Shown here piece by piece: positions 28,119 through 36,075 of a DNA stretch of 64,000 nt (its first letter is position 1; the number at the start of each line of letters is the position of its first letter). Location of the stretch: assembly GCA_031291395.1 (NCBI GenBank), contig JARLJD010000138.1:3860-67859 (forward strand), given 5' to 3'. The position numbers and the translations under genes were made by a program. A model generated the notes under the pieces. It had not been told where the DNA came from. It did no database searches and saw only the letters and a program-made list of their open reading frames with translations. This stretch comes from Alphaproteobacteria bacterium. GTDB taxonomy: Bacteria; Pseudomonadota; Alphaproteobacteria; UBA9219.

Positions 28119-28260
28119 CCGTCATTCCCGCGAAAGCGGGAATCCATCGCCGCGCGTCTGCGCGGCAAAAGAGTCAAACTGCGGTTCAATCGGAAACCTC
28201 TCTGGACTCATATGCCTGCTATCACTCGCGCTGGCTTCCCGCTTTAGCTGGAATGACGAC
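28119..28260. mobile_element. MITE family-2 (~140 bp, ~30-bp TIRs) between the RND and OMF genes; its right end contains the OMF start codon
   Basis: ccgtcattcccgcgaaagcgggaatccatcgc ... cttcccgctttagctggaatgacgac; internal sequence is the reverse complement of the 41900 copy. Confidence 0.65.
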
Positions 28261-29626
28261 TGCATTACTTCTCCTAACAACCGCCTGCGCCGTCGGCCCT
28301 GACTACGTCAAACCCCCTGTCGAAACCCCCGCCGCGTTCAAAGAATCCGGCGAATGGAAACAGGCCGCGCCACAAGATGCGATCGACCGCGGCGAATGGT
28401 GGAAAATATACCACGACCCGATCTTAAACGCGCTGGAAAGCCAGATCGACATTTCCAATCAAAACCTCAAACAAGCCGAAGCCTCTTATCGCTCCGCCGT
28501 CGCCCTTGCCGACCAAACCCGCTCCGGCCTGTTCCCGACTGTCGCCGCCGAGAAATCCGCGACGCGCACAGGCGTCGGTGCGCACACCGCCGCTAACACC
28601 TATGATCTGTCGGCAAGCGCGAGCTGGAGCCTCGACGTCTGGGGCAAAATTCGCCGCGCTTTGGAAAGCCAAGAGGCCAGTGCACAAGCAAGCGCTGCCG
28701 ATATCGCCTCGGCGCGTCTGTCGGCGCAAGCGGAATTGGCAACAGATTATTTCGCCCTGCGCGTACAGGATGAATTACAGCGTCTGCTGAACAAAACCGT
28801 CGCCGACGACAGGAAGATTCTAACCATCGTTCAAAATGAATATAAAGCGGGAGTCGCCGCGCAGTCCGATGTTCTGGCAGCGCAAACCGAATGGGAAAAC
28901 GCCCGCGCTACTGCTACAGGCGCAGGCGTCAAACGCGCCCAGTTGGAACACGCGATTGCGGTTTTGACCGGCAGGCCTCCGGCGGCGTTCGCGCTTGCGC
29001 CTTCCGATAAAATCGCCGCCGTGCCCATGATTCCGGCAAGCGTGCCTTCCGTCCTTTTGCAGCGCCGCCCCGACATCGCCAGCGCCGAACGGCAAATGGC
29101 GGCAGCCAACGCGCAAATCGGCGTCGCCGTGGCGGCGTATTATCCCGATTTAACGCTGTCGGCCTCTTACGGCTTTACGAGCAATGTGCTGAATAACCTA
29201 TTTAACGCCGCAAGCTCCCTGTGGTCGTTCGGCGGCTCGGCCAGCGAAACCTTGATCGATTTCGGCGCGCGCGACGCCGCGACCGAGGAAGCGCGCGCCA
29301 ATTTCGACGCCAGTACAGCATCCTACCGCCAAACCGTCTTAACGGCTTTCCAAAACGTCGAAGACAACCTTGCCGCGCAGCGCATTTTGGCCGATCAGGA
29401 AAAAGCGCAAACCGCCGCGACATCCAGCGCGCGCAAATCTGAACAGGTCACGGTTAACCAATACAAACAAGGCATCGTCCCCTACAACGCCGTCCTCTCA
29501 GCCCAAATCACGCGCCTGAATGACGAGCAATCCTCCCTGACCGTGCAAAGCAACCGCCTCGCCGCGAGCGTCTCGTTGATCGAGGCGTTAGGGGGCGGGT
29601 GGGATGCAAAGCAATTGCTTAAGTGA
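28253..29626 (+). CDS. RND efflux outer-membrane factor lipoprotein (NodT/OprM family); start chosen at the lipobox-bearing Met
   Basis: MTTALLLLTTAC lipoprotein signal then GPDYVKPP, WWKIYHDPILNALE, two OEP repeats; longer ORF from 28040 runs through the MITE. Confidence 0.8.
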   Translation: MTTALLLLTTACAVGPDYVKPPVETPAAFKESGEWKQAAPQDAIDRGEWWKIYHDPILNALESQIDISNQNLKQAEASYRSAVALADQTRSGLFPTVAAEKSATRTGVGAHTAANTYDLSASASWSLDVWGKIRRALESQEASAQASAADIASARLSAQAELATDYFALRVQDELQRLLNKTVADDRKILTIVQNEYKAGVAAQSDVLAAQTEWENARATATGAGVKRAQLEHAIAVLTGRPPAAFALAPSDKIAAVPMIPASVPSVLLQRRPDIASAERQMAAANAQIGVAVAAYYPDLTLSASYGFTSNVLNNLFNAASSLWSFGGSASETLIDFGARDAATEEARANFDASTASYRQTVLTAFQNVEDNLAAQRILADQEKAQTAATSSARKSEQVTVNQYKQGIVPYNAVLSAQITRLNDEQSSLTVQSNRLAASVSLIEALGGGWDAKQLLK

Positions 29627-29773
29627 GAGAAAAATCCTTCCTCTTTATGGCGGCATGATTAAATACATGACCCCCTTTGAGGGTTAGAAAGATAGTGCCA
29701 AAAACGGTTGTTTTCAACGCGCAATAATGGGTTCACTCACTACTTTACGCTGACTTACATAGAAGTAGGTGTC

Positions 29774-30676
29774 ATGTCACAGTCGCAAGAATATGTCGTT
29801 ACGCTTGTCGCCGGAAAAGGAGAAAATCTCTCTGAAGAAATCGTGCGGCAAATGGCGCAGAAGTTTTCCGCAACCCGTTGCGTATGGCTAGCGAAAAACG
29901 AAGCCGTCGACCTTTTTTTTGTCGCCCTCCCCACGCGGGACATGGACAAGTTCTTAAAGCATCAGCTCGGCAACCTCCCCATCGACGGCATCGTTCAGGC
30001 GGCTCATACGCGTCGCAAAAAATTGCTGTTGGCCGACATGGAATCCACAATTATCAAACAGGAAATACTGGATGAGTTGGCCGACGCCATAGGAGCGCGC
30101 GATAACGTCGCGGACATCACGCGTCGCGCCATGAACGGTGAATTGGATTTCGCGGACGCGTTGCGGGCGCGGGTCGCGCTTATAAAAGCGCAGCCTGTCT
30201 CAATTCTGGATCACGTCGCCAAGAACATTCGTTTCACGCCGGGCGCTCAGACCCTGATTGCCACGATGCGGGCCAACGGAGCCACATGCTGGCTGGTTTC
30301 GGGCGGCTTTACCCATTTTGTAGAACCAGTGGCGCGGCAGCTTGGCTTCGACGCCTTCTTCGGCAACGAACTCGTTGTTCACAAAGATATCATAACAGGT
30401 GAAGTGGCTGCGCCCATTTTGGACAAAAACGCCAAAAGCGCCCTGCTCAAAAAGGCGCAATCCGCTTTGGGGGTGCCTCTCGCCGAAATCATGACGGTGG
30501 GCGACGGCGCCAACGATGTTCCGATGCTTTGCTCGACCAACGAAGGCGGCGGGCTTGGCCTCGCCTACCACGCCAGACCGAATGTTCGTAAAATCATATC
30601 TCCCCAAATCAACCACGCCGACCTGACCGCGCTTCTCTATGCGCAAGGGTATAGGAGGAACGATTTCAAAATGTAA
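29774..30676 (+). CDS. serB: phosphoserine phosphatase SerB (HAD family); ORF begins at 29708
   Basis: LLLADMESTII (DxD/T motif I), WLVSGGFTHF, MTVGDGANDVPML motif IV. Confidence 0.85.
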   Translation: MSQSQEYVVTLVAGKGENLSEEIVRQMAQKFSATRCVWLAKNEAVDLFFVALPTRDMDKFLKHQLGNLPIDGIVQAAHTRRKKLLLADMESTIIKQEILDELADAIGARDNVADITRRAMNGELDFADALRARVALIKAQPVSILDHVAKNIRFTPGAQTLIATMRANGATCWLVSGGFTHFVEPVARQLGFDAFFGNELVVHKDIITGEVAAPILDKNAKSALLKKAQSALGVPLAEIMTVGDGANDVPMLCSTNEGGGLGLAYHARPNVRKIISPQINHADLTALLYAQGYRRNDFKM

Positions 30677-30820
30677 ACCCCGTTTCTGATCCGTTGCGAG
30701 AGCAGCGCTTCATTGATTGGATTCAGTGTTTGCAAGGTGTATCCACTTGGTCTCCGCATGGAATTCCGGGCGTGGGGGCGAGTGCAAGAAAGAGTGCTCC
30801 GCCTCTTTCCTGTGCAACAA

Positions 30821-33800
30821 TCATTTTTCCTCATTCCCGGCATCGTCGCGGAAGAACAGGTTGCGAATAAAGCCGGGGGTCAATAGCGATACTGGATTGA
30901 CGGAAATTTCCGGCGAGGAAAGTTTGCCCGTGATCTGATAGGACACCGCCAAAACGCCCTGATCTTTGCCGCCGGTTATCAGGCCTCCAATCACGGGAAT
31001 GTAATTCAGCAGATTGTTCACGACGCTGAACGGCACCACCGTTCCCTGCAAATTGGCGTCTCCGGAATTCATGTCGACTTTGCCGTCGATATTGATGCCG
31101 ACGGCTGATCCGGCGGCATGCGCGCGCGTCAACGTGATCGCGTCGCCCTGCCAGCGGTAATCGCCTTCAAAACGGCTGAAATCCGCGCTGTCGGTCAGAA
31201 TGCCGGTAAAGCCGAAGGGCGACGCCGCGTTCAACAAAAGCGCCAGAACCGGCAATTTTACAACCGTAAAATCGCTGATTTTTGCCTTGCCGATAATGAC
31301 GCGTGGAGTCTCGATCGCGCTTTGCCCCACAACGGACAGCTTGCCGCCCCTGATCGTGTCGGTAAAACCCAGCCCCTTCATCGCCTTACCGAAATTGTCG
31401 CAGGCGATCTTGAATGTGCGATGCCCGTCCGGCTGCGGAGTCAATTCGATGTCGAGCGGCGCGGAGCCGTCGGCAAGGCCGTGCAGATTAATTTCCAGCC
31501 AGCCGTCCTGATCGCGCGACGCGGAGCCTTGCGCCTGATCGATTTCGCCGATATCGCTGGTGTAAAGCTTGCCCACCTGAACATGATAATCCTTGGGGCG
31601 CGGATCGGTTTTGTCGGGATCGTTTCCGCCGCGCAAGCCGCCGACATCGAGCGACGCGCCCTTGGCGTCGAAACGCAAAGCGCCTTGCGGCCCGAAAGAC
31701 TGCGTGAAGCTGAGCGAAGCATCCGTGCGCCCCAGCACAAGCGGCGAAAGATTCAACGACAAAAGCTGCGACATGTCCGCCGACAAAGTCGCGTCGCCCT
31801 TGGCCGTGATTTGATCCCCGCGCAGCGTAAGCGACGAAACGACCACTGGCTTCCCTTCTACAGCCACAGCGGAGAAATTGAGTATCGCAGGCATGTTCGC
31901 CTGTTTTTTCCAGTCAAGCATATCAACCGTAAGCGCCGCAGGCGTCATATCCAGCGTTCCCGATACAAGCATTTTATTTTTGTCGGGCTTTGTCATGTCC
32001 AAAGCGACATTGATTGGGCCTTTGGTGCCGCCAAGAGCCGTGACACCGAGATTGTTCCATTGATCGCCCGCAACCGCGCCCGACGCCGTGACATGGCGCA
32101 AGGGCTGCCCCGCTTTCCGCTCAAAATTTTCCTGCCAAACGACTTGAAACGGCGCTTTGCCCAAATCCACCCTGCCTTTGAGATTAAGGCCGGAGGTATC
32201 CAGAGTCAGTTCCAGATTGCCCCGATCGATCGGAACGCCCGGGATCAATTTGGTCGAGGCGATGCCGCTGGCGTTGGCCGTGGCCTCGATCGATACGTCT
32301 TTCATCGCCAGCGTTTTCAGCAAGGGAAAACGGAATTTGACTGTGCCTTCGATTTTGCCGCTGATATCGTCGGGCGACAGCCCCAAAGCCTTGGCGTAAC
32401 CCAAAGGCTTGTGATCAAGCAAACGCAGAATATCCGGCACAGGGCCTGAAACCCGCAAGGGAATCTCGATATTTTGATCGGGATCGGCCAACCCCGTGAT
32501 TCGCAACGTGAAAGGCGAAAGGCGGACAGAGCCGATGCCCCCGCTTGTAATCTGCACCGCCATTTTCTTGAGGTCGAACGTCGCCGTGGCATCGACGTTT
32601 TCGACCGGCGGCATGCCGTCGACATAAGTCACGCGCCCGTTTGTGGCCACAACTTTGCCGTTGCCTTCCGTGACGAAAAGATTGGCGAGGTCGTTCCATG
32701 CCAGCGCGCCCTTCAACGTGGCTTCGGCGTGATCGAACGTCCCGTCGCGCAAATTCGTCGTCAGCCAGTAACGCGGATCGGGCAAAACCGGCTTGGGCCA
32801 GAAGTCTTCATAGCGGTTCATCGGCAGATGATCGACTTTCACCTCCGCCGTGAAATCCATATCCTTTCCGGCTTGCGCCGATGCCCCGCCTTCTATCTTC
32901 AGGCCGAGCGTCGGGCCGCCTAAATCGACGCGCGTGTCGCTGACCGTCAGTCTATGCGCGGGCTGATCATAATCGGCGCTCATGTCAAACGATTGGATCG
33001 GACAGGGCTTGTCCCAGAACGTGGGATAAACCAATTGCCCTTGATCGCCGTGAATTTGCGCCGCGACGTCGATCACGGACAGGCTCTTGTCGAATGTCAG
33101 TTTGATTTTTCCCGTCAAAGGCAAATCGACAATCGCCGCCAAAGGCAGCCCCAAAGTTTCGGGATGCCCTCCCGCAATGAAAGCCGGAGTCACATCGGTG
33201 AAAACCGCGGACAGGCTGTGCGTGCGCGCAGCCGGATCATAGGCGTAATGGGCGTCCAGCGAGGCCACGGCATCTTTCTGCGTTATCTCGATCGTCATGT
33301 GCCCGTCCAAAGCGCCATATTCGCGCGCGTGAACCAAAGCGCCCAGCCCCATGCGCGAAATCGAAATTTCAGGAACGGAAACCGACCAGTCTGTTTGCGT
33401 CTCCTCGTCGTGAACATCGAAAATCGCGCGCGTGACCGCCAACTTGCGCAGCAAAGCAGTGTGCGAAAGATGTCCGGAAAGCTTGCGCAGCGCGGTGCCG
33501 ATTGTCTCGGACGATGCGGCCCGACCAGTGCCGTTCATCGCCACGCCGCCGAACACGAAGCTTCCGTCTTTGGCGTGATCCAATTTGATCTGTGGATGAT
33601 CGATCGATAAATCCCGCGGCAGGAAATGCCCGAAGACCAGACCCAAAACGCTGATCTTCGCGTCGAACGAAGGGATCGAGGCAATTTCAAAACCGCTGGC
33701 GTCGTCGACCTTGATATTTTCCGCATGAACGGAAAGGACGCGATCTGCCATGTCCCACGTCACAAGCGTCGATCCCAGATGAACCGCGCTGCCCGGAAGG

Positions 33801-33952
33801 ACGGTTTCTATGCCTGCTGCGATATAAGGTGTCAGATAATCGGAACTGACGGGAGCCGAGTAGAGCCGCCACGCCAAAAGCAGCCCCAAAACAATCGTGA
33901 CGCCCACGAAAGCGGCGATAGCCTCGACGATATATCGTAAAAAACGCAACAT
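30821..33952 (-). CDS. AsmA-family / YhdP-like large envelope biogenesis protein
   Basis: 1043 aa; single N-terminal TM helix then long beta-rich periplasmic region, C-terminal ...GKLSSPEISVNPVSLLTPGFIRNLF typical of the AsmA/DUF3971 C-terminus. Confidence 0.55.
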   Translation of the reverse strand: MLRFLRYIVEAIAAFVGVTIVLGLLLAWRLYSAPVSSDYLTPYIAAGIETVLPGSAVHLGSTLVTWDMADRVLSVHAENIKVDDASGFEIASIPSFDAKISVLGLVFGHFLPRDLSIDHPQIKLDHAKDGSFVFGGVAMNGTGRAASSETIGTALRKLSGHLSHTALLRKLAVTRAIFDVHDEETQTDWSVSVPEISISRMGLGALVHAREYGALDGHMTIEITQKDAVASLDAHYAYDPAARTHSLSAVFTDVTPAFIAGGHPETLGLPLAAIVDLPLTGKIKLTFDKSLSVIDVAAQIHGDQGQLVYPTFWDKPCPIQSFDMSADYDQPAHRLTVSDTRVDLGGPTLGLKIEGGASAQAGKDMDFTAEVKVDHLPMNRYEDFWPKPVLPDPRYWLTTNLRDGTFDHAEATLKGALAWNDLANLFVTEGNGKVVATNGRVTYVDGMPPVENVDATATFDLKKMAVQITSGGIGSVRLSPFTLRITGLADPDQNIEIPLRVSGPVPDILRLLDHKPLGYAKALGLSPDDISGKIEGTVKFRFPLLKTLAMKDVSIEATANASGIASTKLIPGVPIDRGNLELTLDTSGLNLKGRVDLGKAPFQVVWQENFERKAGQPLRHVTASGAVAGDQWNNLGVTALGGTKGPINVALDMTKPDKNKMLVSGTLDMTPAALTVDMLDWKKQANMPAILNFSAVAVEGKPVVVSSLTLRGDQITAKGDATLSADMSQLLSLNLSPLVLGRTDASLSFTQSFGPQGALRFDAKGASLDVGGLRGGNDPDKTDPRPKDYHVQVGKLYTSDIGEIDQAQGSASRDQDGWLEINLHGLADGSAPLDIELTPQPDGHRTFKIACDNFGKAMKGLGFTDTIRGGKLSVVGQSAIETPRVIIGKAKISDFTVVKLPVLALLLNAASPFGFTGILTDSADFSRFEGDYRWQGDAITLTRAHAAGSAVGINIDGKVDMNSGDANLQGTVVPFSVVNNLLNYIPVIGGLITGGKDQGVLAVSYQITGKLSSPEISVNPVSLLTPGFIRNLFFRDDAGNEEK

Positions 33953-34090
33953 GAGGCGAAACGGCCTTTGCAGGCAAGAGGTTCAATCTAAACTGCCGAG
34001 GCAGGGCAGGGGGCGACGGCGTGTATGTCGGCGCAAAGGAATAAGTGAAACAACTTTTGTAAGTTGGAAACAGCAGTGAGACAAAAGCGG

Positions 34091-34258
34091 CGGGATTCCC
34101 TCCCCCTCGCGGGGGGGGGTTGGGTGGGGGGGGTGTGGGCAGAGTCCAAGTTTGGGCTTATTTTCCTTCTGCCGCGAAGTTGTTGCTAATTCCTGATCGT
34201 GATTCTAGCCGCTCTCCCCCCTCCCTAACCCTCCCCGCGAGGGGGAGGGGATTCTACC
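34091..34258. repeat. REP/MITE family-1, large-loop variant in the asmA-like/trpE divergent intergenic region
   Basis: gggattccctccccctcgcggggggg...gttgggtgggggggg ... ccccctccctaaccctccccgcgagggggaggggattc. Confidence 0.6.
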
Positions 34259-34476
34259 GCTTTTGCGGCACTACTGTTTCTGACTTACAAAAAAACAGGC
34301 TCATTCACTCCTTCACGTCGGCTATGCTTTGGGACGCGTCATAAAACCCCTTAAAAGAGGCTTGCTTAGGGTAGCGGAACTTCCCCCCGATTTCAAATTA
34401 TGTTTGGATTCACCTCTGGCGCTCAAAAAACGCGGGATTATAATGCGGCCTTCGCTTCTCCACCCAAGGCCTTTGA

Positions 34477-36072
34477 ATGACTCCCGATTACTCCGCCTTC
34501 CTCCGCCGCTGGACACAGGGCGAAAACCAGACTCTTTCGGCCAGCGTCGTCAGCGATCTGGACACGCCCGTTTCGGCGATGCTGAAACTCGGGCAGGGCA
34601 AGCCGTTTTCCTTTTTGCTGGAATCCATCGAAGGTGGCGCGGTGCGGGGCCGTTATTCGATCATCGGGCGCGAGCCGGATGTCGTCTGGTGTTGTTCGCG
34701 CGGCGGCAAGGTCGAGGTCAATCGCGACGCGCAGAACAATCCGCAGAAATTCGACATCTCGCAACGCCCGCCTTTGGAAGATTTGCGCGCGCTTTTGGAC
34801 GAATGCCGCATCGATGATCCCGATCAGCCGCAACCGATGGCCGCAGGCCTGTTCGGCTATCTGGGCTATGACATGGCGCGGTATACAGAACGCCTGCCGG
34901 ACGACAAGCCGCAGGGCGTCGACGCTCCCGAAGCGATCATGATCCGCCCGACCCTTCTGGCGATTTTCGATCAGATCGAGAATAAGTTCACGCTTGTGAC
35001 TCCCGTCTGGTACGACAAAAACGCCGCGCCGGATGTCGTTTACAAAGCGGCGGCGGCGCGGCTGCAGCGCGCTTTGGCTGATTTAAATCTCCCCCTCCCC
35101 TTGAGGGAGGGGGTAGGGGGTGGGGGCATGCCGCAAGAGCAAACGTCTGAAACAACGAACACTGCTCCCAGCCACTCTCCCCCCTCCCCCACCCCTCCCC
35201 TCAGGAGGGAGGGGAGTCTTTTTGCCGCGCCTATCTCCATATCCAACATGACCGAGGCCGATTATGTCTCTATGGTCGAACGCTCCAAAGAATATATACG
35301 CGCCGGAGACATCTTTCAGGTCGTGCTGGCGCAGCGGTTCGCGCTGCCGTTCACCCTGCCGCCTTTCGCGCTGTACCGCGCAATCCGCCGCCTCGATCCC
35401 TCGCCGTTTTTGTATTTCTTCGACTTCGGCGCTTTTTCCGTGGTGGGATCAAGCCCCGAAATTCTGGTGCGCGTGCGCGACGGCAAGGTAACGATCCGCC
35501 CCATCGCCGGAACCCGACCGCGCAATGCCGGAAATAAAACGGATCAGGAATTAGAGGCCGAACTGCTGGCCGATCCCAAGGAACTGGCCGAACATTTAAT
35601 GCTGCTCGATCTGGGCCGCAACGATGTGGGGCGCGTCGCCAAAATGGGCACGGTCAAAGTCACGGCGCGAAACACGATCGAATACTACAAGCACGTCATG
35701 CACATCGTCTCGAACGTCGAAGGCGAACTTGATCCGAAATATTCCGCGCTCGATGCGCTAATGGCGGGCTTTCCCGCCGGAACCGTCAGCGGCGCGCCCA
35801 AAGTACGCGCGATGGAAATCATCGCCGAGCAGGAACCGGATCGCCGCGGGATCTATGCCGGAAGCGTCGGCTATTTTGGCGCGAACGGCTCAATGGACAC
35901 CTGCATCGCCATCCGCACCGCCGTCATCAAAGACGGGCAAATGTATGTGCAAGCGGGCGCGGGCATCGTCTATGACAGCGACCCGCAAGCGGAATACCGC
36001 GAATCCGTTGCCAAGGCGCGCGGCATGATGCGCGCGGCGGAGGAAGCCGTGGCGTTTGCGAAAGGGGATTGA
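34477..36072 (+). CDS. trpE: anthranilate synthase component I TrpE with an in-frame REP insertion
   Basis: 531 aa; LESIEGG, chorismate-binding C-terminal domain (GAGIVYDSDPQAEYRE); inserted peptide DLNLPLPLREGVGGGGMPQEQTSETTNTAPSHSPPSPTPPLRREGSLF. Confidence 0.9.
   Translation: MTPDYSAFLRRWTQGENQTLSASVVSDLDTPVSAMLKLGQGKPFSFLLESIEGGAVRGRYSIIGREPDVVWCCSRGGKVEVNRDAQNNPQKFDISQRPPLEDLRALLDECRIDDPDQPQPMAAGLFGYLGYDMARYTERLPDDKPQGVDAPEAIMIRPTLLAIFDQIENKFTLVTPVWYDKNAAPDVVYKAAAARLQRALADLNLPLPLREGVGGGGMPQEQTSETTNTAPSHSPPSPTPPLRREGSLFAAPISISNMTEADYVSMVERSKEYIRAGDIFQVVLAQRFALPFTLPPFALYRAIRRLDPSPFLYFFDFGAFSVVGSSPEILVRVRDGKVTIRPIAGTRPRNAGNKTDQELEAELLADPKELAEHLMLLDLGRNDVGRVAKMGTVKVTARNTIEYYKHVMHIVSNVEGELDPKYSALDALMAGFPAGTVSGAPKVRAMEIIAEQEPDRRGIYAGSVGYFGANGSMDTCIAIRTAVIKDGQMYVQAGAGIVYDSDPQAEYRESVAKARGMMRAAEEAVAFAKGD
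35087..35218. repeat. REP/MITE family-1 copy inserted in frame within trpE
   Basis: aatctccccctccccttgagggagggggtagggggtggggg ... cccccctcccccacccctcccctcaggagggaggggagtc. Confidence 0.65.
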
Positions 36073-36075
36073 ATT

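Noticed and set aside
28040-28252. Longer OMF start (28040, or the ATG at 28091 overlapping the RND stop)
   Set aside because: These frames translate the MITE and place the lipobox ~70 residues from the N-terminus. The Met at 28253 gives a canonical lipoprotein signal. The upstream ATGA is kept as evidence of a pre-insertion coupling, not as the current start.
31118-32449. 443-aa plus-strand ORF inside the AsmA-like gene
   Set aside because: Antisense shadow ORF, Arg-rich. The minus-strand 1043-aa frame is continuous with coherent TM and beta-rich features.
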